Shown in pieces: positions 38,501-52,429 of a stretch of 64,000 bases of DNA. Numbering within the stretch: position 1 is the stretch's first letter; each line of letters opens with the position of its first letter. The notes beneath the pieces were generated by a model that worked only from the letters and a program-made list of their open reading frames with translations, made no database searches and had not been told where the DNA came from. Source of the DNA: Octopus sinensis (Eukaryota); NCBI RefSeq assembly GCF_006345805.1, contig NC_043012.1, positions 3,410,001 to 3,474,000 of the forward strand. Direction: 5' to 3'. The position numbers and the translations under genes are program-made.

Positions 38501-39934
38501 TTTTTTTTAGACTTTTCCATGCTTGTCTGGATCAAGCACAAGTTGTTAAGGTAGATTTTCTATAGCTGGATGCTCTTCTCACCAGTCCTCGCCTCTTTCC
38601 TCTTGTCCTTTGAACAAAGAACAGTTCAACTACCAAACTACCAGACATACTTTTGCTGAGAGGCATAGCCAAATGGTACCATTTGTATGATGGTGAATTT
38701 TTATTTGCAATCAATATACAGATTTTTAGACAAAGGAAATACATACATGTTCTCTCATCCATACACATATAAAACATACTTTTACTATGAACTTCTTCCA
38801 GTTTCTATCTACAAAATTTCATTCGCAAAACATTGATCAACCAGCATCTATAATAGAAGACACCAGCTAACAGGGTCCATGTAGTTGGAAGCAATCCTAA
38901 ACCGTGTGATTCTGAAGTGAATTTCTTAACTACATGACCATGCCTCATATAGACATATAATCCTTTCTCTTATAGGCACAAAGCCTGAAATTTTATGGGA
39001 GAGGCTGGTCAACTACATCAACTGCCGTGTGCAACTGGTACTTATTTTACTGACCCCAAAAAGATGAAAGGCAAAGTCAACCTTAGTAGAATTTGGACTC
39101 AGAATGTAAAGACAAACAAAATGCTGCTAAGCCTTTTGTCTGGTGTGCTAACAATTCGCTTGGATATATATATAGTGGGGGCAAAATAGACTTAACATAG
39201 GTCAACTGGTTCTTTCATATCTGATCCTATCATTTTCCAGTGCATGTGACTCTCTGATGTGGATGATAATAAATAATACAGTAAAAATACTTAAAGACTG
39301 TAACAAATGATATTGATTTCCAGCATAGGCGTGGGAGTGGCTGTGTGGTAAGTAGCTTGCTTACCAACCACATGGTTCCAGGTTCAGTCCCACTGCGTAG
39401 CACCTTGGGCAAGTGTCTTCTACTATAGCCTCAGGCCGACCAAAGCCTTGTGAGTGGATTTGGTAGACGGAAACTGAAAGAAGCCCGTCGTATATATGTA
39501 TATATATATGTGTGTGTCTGTGTTGACAACCAATGCCCCGTTACTTAGCGGTTCGGCAAAAGACACCGATAGAATAAGTACTGGGCTTACAAAGAATAAG
39601 TCCCGGGGTCAAGTTGCTCGACTAAAGGCGGTGCTCCTGCATGGTCGCAGTCAAATGACTGAAACAAGTAAAAGAGTATAGGCTCAAGGCCTCACAATTT
39701 GTGGGTGGGTATACTCAATTACATCATTATACCCCAGTACCTGACTAAGATTTTATTTTATTAACTTCAGAAAGATAGTAAAGTTATCCATGGCAAAATT
39801 TTAACTCAGAATATAAAAAGAAAAAAAGAACTAAATACCGCAAAGTATTTTTCCCAACACTTTTTCATTTCCACATTTTGTAATTATCCAGTGGGTTAAA
39901 TGGTGGGGTTATTTGATATGGTAAGATTAGAGGC

Positions 39935-40230
39935 CATCTCCTTGGGTCAACTTAGCTAGGGCGAAACCCAGAAAGATTAGAAATACCTTCCAGATTAAAG
40001 ACCTCACTCAGTAACACCCAATTTGCTAAGTTTATGGGACACCTCCTTGGGTCAACTTAGCTAAGATTAATTGGAGAGATTTAAAATACTTTCCAAATTA
40101 TTATCCTCAGTAACATACAAATTTGCTAAGTTTATGGATCATCTCCCCAGAACATTTTTAACTTGGTCAACTTACAACTGAAATTTAAGCTATTTAGTAA
40201 ATTATATCCTTCACTAACATACAATTAGAT
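39935..40230. repeat. Degenerate ~100-bp tandem repeat, about 3 units
   Basis: CTCCTTGGGTCAACTTAGCTA at 39938 and 40043. CTCAGTAACA..AATTTGCTAAGTTTATGG at 40007 and 40106. A weaker third unit follows. Confidence 0.7.
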
Positions 40231-41991
40231 TCCTCTCATTTCTTTCCACCCTCCTTCCTTCTATGTTGTCTTACAACCTCCTTCATCCCACCTCACTACT
40301 TAACTTAGACCACTATCTCTTCCCTCTGTTCTTTATAAACTATTTGTCTGCCTGCAGGATTTTTCTTCTTTTTGTATTTGTGTTATTTTTTCTTCCTTTA
40401 ATTTGCCTGTCATTTCCCTCCCTTGTACACACATCTTATCTTAGTAACTGTCTAAATATCTAGTTTTTGTTTAATTTTTCAACATTTAGATGTCATTTCA
40501 ACAAATATCTGTGGCTGTCTTTTTGCTTATTGTTGTTGCTGGTTGATATAACCCCAGGTCAGCTTTGATCAAGAAGAGCTATGATTGAAAAGCATTCCAA
40601 CTGTTACCACTGTATGTGGTTTTGTCTTTCAGCTAATGTTTCAACTAATGTATCAAGGATCAGATTAAACTATGTAACCCACTTTTTATTCCTGGGTGGT
40701 GTTATTTACAAAGTGTTTATGTGTTTGCACATTTTCAGACAAAAACAACAACATATAAATCAAATTTAATATGTATTTATAATTAAGTTGTATAAAAGCA
40801 AACATTAGAGTTAAGAAATGAGTAGATTTGCAAGGTTTCATTTTTGAAGGCTTTTATGTGTCAGCCCTCAAAATTAGTACACCATCATATTTTTCTTTAA
40901 ATACTTCTTAGCAATGACTTCTAAGTCTAGCATATTCTGGTAGAAACACTTAATATTCCTTTAGTATTCTCCCATGTTTTCCTTCAATTTATCTTGCTGC
41001 CCATTCTGCTGCAGTTCTTCATCAGAGTCTCAACCAGTTCCATGTAATTTTCTACCTTGTGATTGCTTAGGAAGCCCTGAATTCCTCTAACAATGTTACT
41101 TTCTCCTTGTAACTGAACATCTTGGGGAATTTCAGGCACTCCAAGACCTTCTTTATGGTCTGACAAAAACACCTGCTTTATTTTTGCCTCAGATAACTTA
41201 GGGAAGATATCTTCAAAGTACTTAAGGACTACAAATTTCTTATGAAGTACCATGACAGATTGTTTCATAAGACCCACTTTTATGTGCAGAGGTGAGAGCA
41301 ACACCTTACAGAAGCTCACTGATGGCCCTCACTTGACCTTCTTCCTTCCCACAGGGAACTTTGTCTGTTGTAACCAGTGCCATCTGTGATGGGTGACCAT
41401 GTCTCTGTTGTCCCAATGGCGAAACAATAACAATGAAACTTGGTTAAATTATTTCAAAGACCCATCAAGATAATCATTATTGTAAAATTACTGATAAATC
41501 TCCCAGTATATCCATTATGCTTCAAAGCATCTAGTAAGATCTTGAAGCTGGGTTTTTTTTTTTTCATTATCTTGTGGTGCACTAAATCAGCCAAGGGAAG
41601 AGGCAGATACTTTTTCTCATTATGATGCAACACAGCTTTGAACTCTTGGCTGAACTGTCAATGAAGAGGTTCCACACATTTGGTACCTCTTCAGGCAATT
41701 CCAGTTGCCTTGAATGGACTGGTCACATTTTGGCTGAAGCAGAATCCATTTCAACAAGTGAAGAACCTTGAAAAACCCAGGTGATGCTTCCACTTGTTTG
41801 TGACTTGCACTTTAGATGTCAGAAGTTTGGCAATGGACTTTATAAGACCAAGGTCTTTGATCAAGTCTTTAGAGTCTTCTTGGTTTGAGTAATGCAGCTT
41901 TATCTTTCCTTAGCTTCACCTCTAAATTTGCTGTGTATGTACATCTCCCACCTCACCTGACTTGCTACTCTCTCCTGAATATGTTTGATAC

Positions 41992-42096
<105 letters not shown>

Positions 42097-43069
42097 CAGG
42101 GAAGTCAGGGGAGTGTTGCACCAGGATGATGGACAATGGAAGATCTGGATATATGGCACTAGATATTCTTACTAGCCTGGTCTTTTGGAAGAGTCCATCA
42201 AGCAGAAGTAGCAACTGTTTGAGTGGTTAGTCAATTCACACCAAATTCTTGTGATAGCAAACATCGTGGCTCTCTTTTCTCTCTTTATGCCATCCTGCAA
42301 AAGAGCAAAAATGAAATTATCAATAAGAAAAAATAGATTTAACTTACCTATGACTAACGTGTAAGGACCCCCTTTGGCCATGAATGACCATGAGATTGCA
42401 CATAGAAAGTTCCCCCACCCCCAAGGCACAAGTCCAGGCAAGGTTGCTTATCAAAGACCAGAGTCACCCATAAATACCAGCCTCCCCTTTCCATGCCACC
42501 AATGTTATCCAAAGGAAAAGCAAAGGCCAGCTTGGCACTGGTGACGTTACAACTCTTTTCTACAGCTGAATGAACTGGAACAACGTGAAATAAAGTATCT
42601 TACTCAAGAGCACAACACACAACTTGGTCTGGGAATTGAACTCACTACCTCATGATTGTGAGCCTGATGCTCTAACCACTGAATCATGCATCAAAAGGCT
42701 CTCTTAACATATTTCATAACTGATGTATTTTATAATATAAAATTTTACTATTGAGGCAAGCAAAAATTGTACACTTTACCTTCTGGAGTATTTTTGTAGC
42801 ATTTTCCATATGAAATGAAGTTCCCAGAATTTGTCTTGATCCCCAACAGGAATATTAAAATATGCCTTATGAGCCTAACATGTCTTAGCAGTTGCTACCA
42901 CAAAACACTTTTTTGCTTTTATCTTGATAAATTGGCCACAGACAGTAAAGAGCATCTGCCAAATGCTTGCAGCCTCTTGATGCCATCTCTGATAATTGTA
43001 TTTAGGCAGCTGGAATGAACCTGAATATGTGAGCTTAAGAGTCCTGTATCCAAGTTATTATTTATACTG

Positions 43070-43425
43070 TTGGAAAGTTCTAGCAAATTCCAGACTATTC
43101 TTGAAAGTTCTAGTAAATTCTAGACTGGTCTTGAAAGTTCTAGGAAATTTTAAACTGTTCTAGTTCAAAAGTTCTAGAGTATTCCAGACTATTCTTGGAA
43201 GTTCTAGTAGATTCTAGACTGTTCTTGAAAGTTCTGGAAAATTCTAGACTATGCTTGAAAGTTCTAGAAAATTCTAGACTGTTCTTGAAAGTTCTAGAAA
43301 ATTCTAGACTATGCTTGAAAGTTCTAGAAAATTTTAGACTATGCTTGAAAGTTCTAGAAAATTCTAGACTATGCTTGAAAGTTCTAGAAAATTTTAGACT
43401 ATGCTTGAAAGTTCTAGAAAATTCT
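43070..43425. repeat. 30-bp minisatellite (about 11-12 units), subterminal in the Chapaev-like element
   Basis: Unit TTGAAAGTTCTAGAAAATTCTAGACTATGC, built on TCTAGA palindromes. Confidence 0.92.
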
Positions 43426-43585
43426 GTCTCGTCTATTCAGCATTGAATCTATCTAGAATGTTGTAGAATATTGTAGTATCAAAATGTCATTACTGGGATT
43501 GCAAAAGCAAAGTTTAAAGAAAATAATAGCTATTTCCTATACATTTCAAGCATAAACAATAAAGAAATAACACTCACTGCCCATA

Positions 43586-43808
43586 GCTACAAATAACAGC
43601 ATGTAAATTTTGGGTTATAAAAACCTTGTGGATAGAAAAAGTTGAAGGCTGCCCATGGGACACAAACCCATATCTATAAACATGACAGATGTTCTATTAC
43701 TGGACCAAAGTAGTCTTTTCAATTTCTCTATCCACAGGAAGTTTTTGACTTTATATTTTTTATCCAAAGGGGTTTTAACCTAATATTTACACACTATTAC
43801 TTATAGCT
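43586..43808. mobile_element. Foldback/MITE-like element with ~50-bp imperfect inverted ends
   Basis: AGCTACAAATAACAGCATGTAAATTTTGGGTTATAAAAACCTTGTGGATA resembles the reverse complement of TATCCAAAGGGGTTTTAACCTAATATTTACACACTATTACTTATAGCT. Confidence 0.55.
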
Positions 43809-44402
43809 TTATTAAGGCAGTGACTTGGCAGAAGCATTAGCATGCTGGGCAAAATACTTAGTGGCATTTCATCTGTCTTTATGTTCTCAGTTCATTGTGC
43901 AAAAATTTGAAAAAGTTATCTAAGGTGACGAGCTGGCAGAATTGTTTGTACATCGAACAAAATGCTTAGCGGCATTTCGTCCGACTTTACATTCAGAGTT
44001 CAAATTCTGCCAAGGTCAACTTTGCCTTTCGTCCCTTTTTCGGTCAATAATATAAGTGCCAGTTGAGTACTGGGGTCAATATTATCAACTTGCGTCAAAA
44101 TTTGAAGCCATTATCTCAAGCTTCGTCTGCTTCAGGTTCAAATATTAAAAATGAATTATTTCATCTTCTTTCAAAGTTTCTAGTTTTCATGATGTAAAAA
44201 TCAGTGCATTTTTTTTTAAGATGGTAAGTTATATGATTGAGATTTAGCTACTGTTTCTTGCAGGTTGAGCAACCATATTTATATGTCCCTCCATGAGCAT
44301 ATTGTTGTAGCTACTGTTGTTATTGCTATTAAAATTCTTGTTGTTATTGGTTGTTTTTCTCTCACTAGTATTAACAATAATCTTTCTTCTATTTATTTAT
44401 AG

Positions 44403-44468
44403 GCTGACCTACAAAAAGTTCTGCGCCATGCGAGAAAACTGCCAGATAAACAGCAGCAATTCTATAAG
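44403..44468 (+). CDS. INTS14: INTS14 penultimate coding exon (66 nt)
   Basis: AG at 44401-02 and GT at 44469-70. Encodes ADLQKVLRHARKLPDKQQQFYK (cf. recalled TDVQKILRNARKLPEKTQTFYK). Phase 0/0 joins both neighbouring exons in frame. Confidence 0.93.
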
Positions 44469-45962
44469 GTGAATGCATATTAACTGTATTATTTTATGAA
44501 TATTCAAGTCTCATCTTCAAAGATTTATACTAAGGGAGAAGGGGATACATATATATATATTCATTCATGAGTTAGATGAATATCTTGATGAGGCATTTTT
44601 ACAAGTAAAGGATATCATATTTCACATGTCTACACACGCTTAAAGGCAGCAGATGATTTGCTGACAGGGAAAATGACAACACAACCACTGTGTAGCACAC
44701 AGTTTCAGCAAAACATCCATAAATGCACTCACATATGCATACACACACACACACACACACACACGCATGCACATACTGATATTAATGTATATATTATCAT
44801 CACACATACTTGCACATGCATGCACTTACTGATATTGATATATATATATATATGGAAATTGTAGCTGTGATACCAGTGCCGGTGGCACGTAGGAAAACCA
44901 TCCGAACGTGTTCGTTGCCAGCGCCGCCCCAACTGGCCTCCATGCCGGTAGCACGTAAAAGGCACCATCCGTTCGTGGCCGTTGCCAGCCTGGTCTGGCA
45001 CCTGTGCAGGTGGCACATAAAAAGCATCCACTACACTCACGGAGTGGTTGGCATTAGGAAGGGTATCCAGCTGTAGAAACACTGCCAGATCAGACTGGGC
45101 CTGGCGCAGCCTTCTGGCTTCCCAGACCCCAGTTGAACCGTCCAACCCATGCTAGCATGGAAAACGGACGTTAAACGATGATGATGATAATGAGGATGAT
45201 TATCATCATCATCTTTTAATGTCTGTTGTCCATGCTGGCATGGGTTGGACTGGCAAGCTGAGGGGCTGCACCAGACTTCAGTCTGATTTCGCATGGTTTC
45301 TACGACTGGATGCCCTTCCTGACACCAACCACTCTAAGAGTGTAATGGGTGCTTTTACATGCCACCAGTATGGGTGCCAGTTGCATGACACCAGTATCTG
45401 CCACACTACAATTTCACTTGGCTTGATGGATCTTCCTTCTCAAGCATGGCATCTATACAGGCACAGGCATGGCTGTGTGGTAAGAAGCTTAGTTCCCAAC
45501 CACATGGTTCCGGGTTCAGTCCCACTGCATGGCACCTTGCATAAGTGTTTTCTACTATAGCCTCAAACCAACCAAAGCCTTGTGAGTGGATATGGTAGGC
45601 AGAAACTGAAAGGAGCCCGTTGTATATATACATGTGTGTGTGTGTGAGCGCGTGGGCGCGCGCATGCGTGTGTGTATTCATGTGTGTTTATATTTATAGA
45701 TTTGTGTCTGTGTTTGTCCACCCACCCTCACTTGACAACCAATATTGATGTGTTGATGTCTTTATGTCACCATAACTTAGTGGCTCAACAAAAGAGACCA
45801 GTAGAACAAGTACTAGGCTTACAAAGAATATGTACTGTGGGTCAATTTCTTCAACTAAAACCCTTTAAGACAGTGCTCCAGCATGGCTGCAGTCAAATGA
45901 CTGAAACAAGTAAAAGAATAAAAGAGTATATATTATATATATATGTATATATACACACATAT

Positions 45963-46790
45963 ATCTATATATATATAAAGATGAGAATGTGTGTCCGTGT
46001 GAATCCCTAAAACTTGAGAACTACACAACCAATTTCATTCAAATTTTACACATGCCTTACTTAGGGTCCATGTAGTGTCATAGGCCAAAAAACTTTTAAC
46101 TTCTTGCCTAGTGCGAGCCCAGAGCAATATCATATCTCCTCTACTATTTCAGTATTACGTGTCAAAAGTGACACAATAACATCTCTCTGTTGTAATGTCA
46201 AATATATTCACTTTTATAGTTTCACTTTAATACTGAAACTATTAAAGTGAAGCTATTATATCACATATATACAGACATACATACATATATATATATAATA
46301 CTTGCAGAGATACCTGGCGTTGCCCATATTACATGCAATTGAAGAATTAGACTTTTCTGTTATATTTTCTGTAATGAACTGGAATACCTATGATTGGAAT
46401 TTCATCAAAATTGCAGGTGCGGGTTCTTTCCCGCTTTACAAACCCTAAAAAAATTCTAATCATGACACACGTATCCCCTACTAATGATCTTTATGCGCAG
46501 ATTCCAAAATTCCAGTCTTATTGAACCTGCTAAAAGGATTTTGCTCCTGAAAAATGAAGGTCATGGAGCTCTAAAATATGGGAGTTAAGGCCCCTATTGG
46601 GGGTAGGTGTCTTAATGTCAACTAGAGAAGTTAAATTGTTGAGAATCTTTTTAACTTGGGTCTTATATCTATTGTTCGAATTTCTTTGAAATAGGAAGTA
46701 TATGTATGTTCACTGGATTTGTAAAAGAGAGCAAAGCTACAGGAAACTGAAAGACAAATGATCGAATAGGCAGTCACCTACCCTACCCTA
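45963..46790. mobile_element. Helitron-like non-autonomous fragments (a + 5' part and a - 3' end)
   Basis: TCTATATATATATAAAGATGAGAATGTGTGTCCGTG start and CAACCAATTTCATTCAAATTTT motif. TACTTGCAGAGATACCTGGCGTTGCCC is the inverse of the CTAG-type end seen at 28620-46. Confidence 0.45.
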
Positions 46791-46828
<38 letters not shown>

Positions 46829-47289
46829 ATATATATAGTTTGTATGTGTATATAAAATAGTGTACTGTTTGATTTTTTTGTTGGTAGGATCAACAAAAAT
46901 GTACTCAATGCAGTGAGAGTTAAGTATTATTTAATACCAACATGGAAAACAGACATTAAAGGAGGAGGATTATGCAAGAGATGTATGTGACCTGCTTCAA
47001 GTTTCATGTTTGATAGTGCAGTAATTGAGCTGACTTGTATAGCCTACTATGCTTGTTCTGGCAATTATTCAGGTTCGCATGATTCAGATATTCCGTGACG
47101 AAATGTGAGAAGGAAAAAAAAAGGAGAGAAAAATTACAAAAGATGTTAAGGAAATGGGGGATAAAGGTTATGTCCCATCAATTGTTTTAATGAAGAATAC
47201 TGTTGATATTGAGTGCATCCATCAAAAATAACTATGCTTAGTTGGGTTAGTTGAATGGTGGGGTAAGGCTAAAATGGATTAAACTGATT

Positions 47290-47890
47290 GTCTCCTCTGG
47301 TGAGGTGGGTAGAGGGCATCTTTCAGTTCAATAACAGGAACATATATGTAAAGATTTCTGATCTGAAGGTTGGTTTAGCAGGGAAGTATATTCTTTCTAC
47401 TATGCAGAACATGCATTTTTAGATTTGTTAATGTATGACCTATATCTCTCTGTGATGCTCCACATGACAGTATGTTATATACTGTTGTTTGTCAGGTCCC
47501 AGATATATAGCTTGTTGGCTTCGTACTTTTAGTCTATGTACTTGAAAGAAGATTGGTGGTTGGCACATCTTGTGAAATCATTTTGATGCAATCCAATATA
47601 CTTTTTTTTTTTTTTTTTTTTTTGGTTCCTTTATTTAGCAGAACAGAGATCAGTTTCGGTTTTGTAGATGACTGAGCTAACCCTGCATGCCTGGTCTTGT
47701 GGGCAAATATCTGGATTCCTAAAGTTGCAACTTCGAGTAGGCATCTTGGTTGCTTACATGAGTTTAGCATATTTGGACTACAGCTGTAGGAAACTTTCAC
47801 AGAGCATCTCTTGAAGATTTCTTATGGCTGTTGGGGAAACCTTTATCTATCAAACATTTCTAACCAAGATAGATTTCTCCCAAAAGCCAT
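47290..47890 (-). mobile_element. Penelope-like element remnant (RT C-terminus / GIY-YIG region)
   Basis: Minus-strand VKVSYSCSPNM, followed in another frame by KKYIGL..TRCANHQSSF..LYIWDL. Confidence 0.7.
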
Positions 47891-48075
47891 AATTATAAGA
47901 AAATCTTCAATAGCTGTTTGCTTCCCAACCACATGGTTTCAGGTCCAGTCCCTTTGTGTGATATCCTGGGAAAGTGTCTTCTGCTGTAGCCCCAAGCTGG
48001 CCAGACCCTTCTGGGTGGATTTGGTAAGACAAAAACTGAAAGAAGCCCATTGTATGTGTGTGCGCATGCATGCAC

Positions 48076-48107
<32 letters not shown>

Positions 48108-48477
48108 TTATGTGTGCATGTGTGACTGTGTTAGTATCTCCTTGTGTTGACATCATGTGATATCGTCGTCATCATCGTCATTTAATGTCCGCTTTCCATG
48201 CTGGCATGGGTTGTAAACAAACATCGCCATCATACTAGTGGTGTTCTTTGTTTCCAGTCTTCTGTGGAAACATATTTGGCATGGAACTGGTGATGGCATC
48301 AATGAATTCTATCCATCTGGCCGGCCGTAGAAACCATGCTGCAACAGACAATTGGAGTATGGACAGCTTCCCGGCTAGCTCCTTATCAAACCATCCAACC
48401 CATGCCAGGACTGAAAGTGGATGTTAAATGACAACAACAATGTAGGTACTTGCCTTTCATTCTTATCTAAAGGAAAG

Positions 48478-48535
<58 letters not shown>

Positions 48536-49809
48536 TCTCTCTCTCCCCCTCTCTTCCTCTCTCTCCCTCTCCCTCACTCCCTCCCTCTCTTTCCTGGTAT
48601 TTGTTATTTGTATAGTGTGTCACTAAGTGGATGAATGTGTGGTAGGTGGTGGTTATATTTCTTTTTCTATTGCAAACAAGGATATCAAGTTTACATTTAT
48701 AATATCTAAAGCCGCTTACCAGTACACATTGGTTGTGAGGTTGTTTTTTTTTCCTTTGTGTGTTTTAACCTAAATAAACTGAAAGGAAAACAGGTTGTTT
48801 AGAGTAGCTGCCATCAACATTTCTTTTTTTACTTTTCTTCTCTCTCTCTCTCTTATATTTGATATTGGTGTTTAATTTTTTAAAAATTGACATTTTGTCC
48901 ATGCAGTTGATGTAATAATGAAAGGACCGTGTTATGTCATGATGACATTAATCTTTTTTTATATTATCAAAGGAGGGTATATACATTGTAGTAGTCAAAA
49001 AAATATTGGGCCCTAGGGTGAGGGACAGTTGTCTATTAATAAGAGAGAGAGACACCAGTAAGACTTACATGACCTATTTTTTTTACCTTTGTAATTGTTG
49101 CTGCTGTTTAAATCCTAAATCAGCCCTGATAAAACAGTCCCATTGATTAACAGCATTCCAGCCACAACCATCCTGTATTTTCACTTTTAAAACATTTCTT
49201 CAGGCATTGTCTACCCAGGACTACACTATCCAGTATGTGCTTTTTTTCTTCTTTTTTTTTAAGATGATGGGGGTTAGCTTGAAGGTGGTTTGGCTGCTAT
49301 TTCTAGAAAGTTGAGCTACAAAAGAGAGAATTCCTGTTTGGCTCATGGCTGTGATGTGTGCAGCCAGCTGTTGTTAACGTACTTAAACTTAACCGATAAC
49401 ACCAATAGAAATACATGACAAACATGTCTCTTGTCCTTGGTCTAAGTGTGGTAGGAGGGATTGAACATAGTTCAGTTGACATGTAGGTCTGTACACAAAA
49501 AAATTTGTTTTGATATTCTTTAGAGTGTGTGAAAATTTAAACAGGCAAAGCGTGACTGTATCACAATAATACAGACACCCGGCAGTAAATTTTGAGGAAA
49601 ACTGGCTATGGGTGAGAGGGAAAAATAACAAAGCTGTTGTGTATATAATGTAAACTTGAGTGACAATGAATAGAGAAAAATATCAAATGAACAGATCACT
49701 TTACCTAGGAACACTAACACATGTGAGTGGCTGGCACATTGAGTGGAAACTTACTTCAAGAGGGTTATAGAGGTTACTTGAAAAAAGCAAAGTAGAGTTA
49801 CATTCTTGA

Positions 49810-49952
49810 GTCGTCATCATCATCATTGTTCAACCGTGGTCGAGACAATGGAATTTACCATGCGACGACGCCAGACTTCACGATCCATCATAGCATTATG
49901 GAGGTCCTGTTGCTGGATGCCTGTATCCCTGGAGATTACATCAGGGTAGGAG
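49810..49952 (-). mobile_element. LINE (RTE-like) extreme 3' end with (GAT)n tail
   Basis: Minus-strand YPDVISRDTGIQQQDLHNAMMDREVWRRRMVNSIVSTTVEQ*, then GATGATGAC. Confidence 0.65.
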
Positions 49953-51526
49953 AGTCATACTAGCTCATAAGGGCCAGTTTCATGGCATATTTATTCCTCA
50001 TCTGAATGGGACACCAGTCCATTGCAAAATTACTCATTTTTGCCCACTGAGTGGACTGGAACAACATGAAATAAAGTGCTTTGCTCTCTTACGATCATGA
50101 GTCCAATGCCCTAACCACTAAGCCATGTATCTCCACAGGTTACTTGAAAGGGTAGGGGGAAATACTTTGAAGAATGTTCTTAGTTGGACATGGGATACTC
50201 TATCTTCTATTTGTTTCGGTCAGTAGCCTGTGGCCATGTAGGGGCACCACCTTGAAGAATGTTAGTTGAACAAATCAACCCTAGTACTTTTTTTTTGTAA
50301 AGCTTGGTACTTATTCTAGTGATCTCCCTTGCTGAACTGCTAGGTTACAGGGATGTAAACACAGACACAAAGGCACATACACATAGATATTTATACATAC
50401 ATATATACGATGGGCTTTTTTCAGTTTCTGTCTACCAAATCCACTCACAAGGTTTTGGTCAGCCCAAGGTTATAGTAGAAAACACTTGCCCAAGGTGCCA
50501 CACAATGGGGTTGAACCTGGAACCATGTGGTTGGGAAGCAAACTTCTTACCACACAGCCATGCAGGGGAGTAAAGGCAGCACAAGTGACTCTTTTAAAGG
50601 TTCCCTAGGCATGTAGGAGAAAGTGATCCTCTGACTGAAGATCAGGTCTGAATGATGGCAACCAAAGATTAGGTGGTGAAGTTGATTCAGGCAACAAATT
50701 ACAACCCCAAGCCAAAAACAATATTTCTTCATCTGGGTTTCCCCCACATCCTGTCTACATATTTGCTTGATTTGCTAGAAATAGATAGCAAATTCCTTCA
50801 AATTGTACTCCCCTATTCAAGCATATCTATTTAGCATAATATGCCTCCTGTTTTATGTTCAAACTGACGTGATCTAACTTCTCACACTTAACCACTCACA
50901 CCTATCCTACAATGCCATTCTAAAAATAGACAATAATATCATCAAAATCTCAAAGCTATGAGACAGTACATGATTAATCCAAAACAATATGAATTAATAA
51001 GCTTTAAATTTGGCAGAGTAATTTGAATGCTAAAGAGTTAAAGGATGCTTGACCTGCTAGTAGAAGACACTCTACTGTCTTCATCATCATCACCATTTAA
51101 CATTTGTTTTTCATGCTGGTATGGATTGGACAGTTTGACAGAAGCTGACATGACCAGGAACTGCAGTTAGATGCTCTTCCTGATGCCAACCACTCTACAG
51201 AGTGTACTGGGTGCTTCTTATGTGGCACCAGTACTTTTTACAAAAGAAAATTATACATCAGATAATGTTTACCTTGACTCCTAAAAGGGACAGGATGGTC
51301 AAGGTTGGAATCTCTTTGATCATAGATCTGCTCAATCAAAGCTGAACTGGGGCTAAACAATAACAATCAAATTTCACTCGCAAGGCTTTGGTTCATCTGA
51401 GACTATAGTATAAGACACAGGATGCACAGAAAATGGTGTAGCATAGAAGATCTTGTCACTAATTGTTAGTGTAAAAGAAGGAATACACAACAGAGGTTGT
51501 TAAGAATCAGCAGAAAATTGATGAAA

Positions 51527-52429
51527 GGCGGTGAGCTGGCAGAAACGTTAGCACGCTGGGCGAAGTGCTTAGCAGTATTTCGTCTGCCGTTACGTTCTGA
51601 GTTCAAATTCCGCCGAGGTCAACTTTGCCTTTCATCCTTTTGGGGTCGATAAATTAACTACCAGTTATGCACTGGAGTTGATGTAATCGACTTAATCCGT
51701 TTGTGTGTCCTTGTTTGTCCTCTCTGTGTTTAGCCCCTTGTGGATAGTAAAGAAATAGATATTTCTGAGTTCAAATTCCGCCAAGGTCAACTTTGCCTTT
51801 CATCCTTTCGGGGTCGATTAAATAAGTACCAGTTACTCACTGGGGTCGATGTAATCGACTTAATCCGTTTGTCTGTCCTTGTTTGTCCCCTCTGTGTTTA
51901 GCCCCTTGTGAGTAGTAAAGAAATAGGTATTTTGTCTGCCGTTACATTCTGAGTTCAAATTCCGCCAAGGTCAACTTTGGGGTCGATAAATGAAGTACCA
52001 ATTATGCACTGGGGTCGATGTAATCGACTTAATCTCTTTGTCTGTCCTTGTTTGTCCCCTCTGTGTTTAGCCCCTTGTGAGTAGTAAAGAAATAGGTATT
52101 TTGTCTGTTACATTCTGAGTTCAAATTCCGCCAAGGTCAACTTTGGGGTCGATAAATGAAGTACCAATTATGCACTGGGGTCGATGTAATCGACTTAATC
52201 TCTTTGTCTGTCCTTGTTTGTCCCCTCTGTGTTTAGCCCCTTGTGAGTAGTAAAGAAATAGGTATTTTGTCTGCCGTTACATTCTGAGTTCAAATTCCGC
52301 CAAGGTCAACTTTGGGGTCGATAAATGAAGTACCAATTATGCACTGGGGTCGATGTAATCGACTTAATCTCTTTGTCTGTCCTTGTTTGTCCCCTCTATG
52401 TTTAGCCCCTTGTGGGTAGAAAAGAAATA
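51527..52429 (+). repeat. Five-unit tandem concatemer of SINE family C
   Basis: TTCTGAGTTCAAATTCCGCC at 51595, 51763, 51947, 52113 and 52282. Flanked by AGAAAATTGATGAAA (51512-26) and AGAAAATAGATGAAA (52430-44). Confidence 0.92.

Noticed and set aside
39326-39400. tRNA-like sequences with A and B boxes here and at many other sites
   Set aside because: They are SINE heads continuing into SINE bodies, with no complete cloverleaf.
43070-43446. Regular 30-bp repeats resembling a CRISPR array, and an 83-aa repeat ORF
   Set aside because: No unique spacers and no cas genes in a eukaryotic context. It is a minisatellite.
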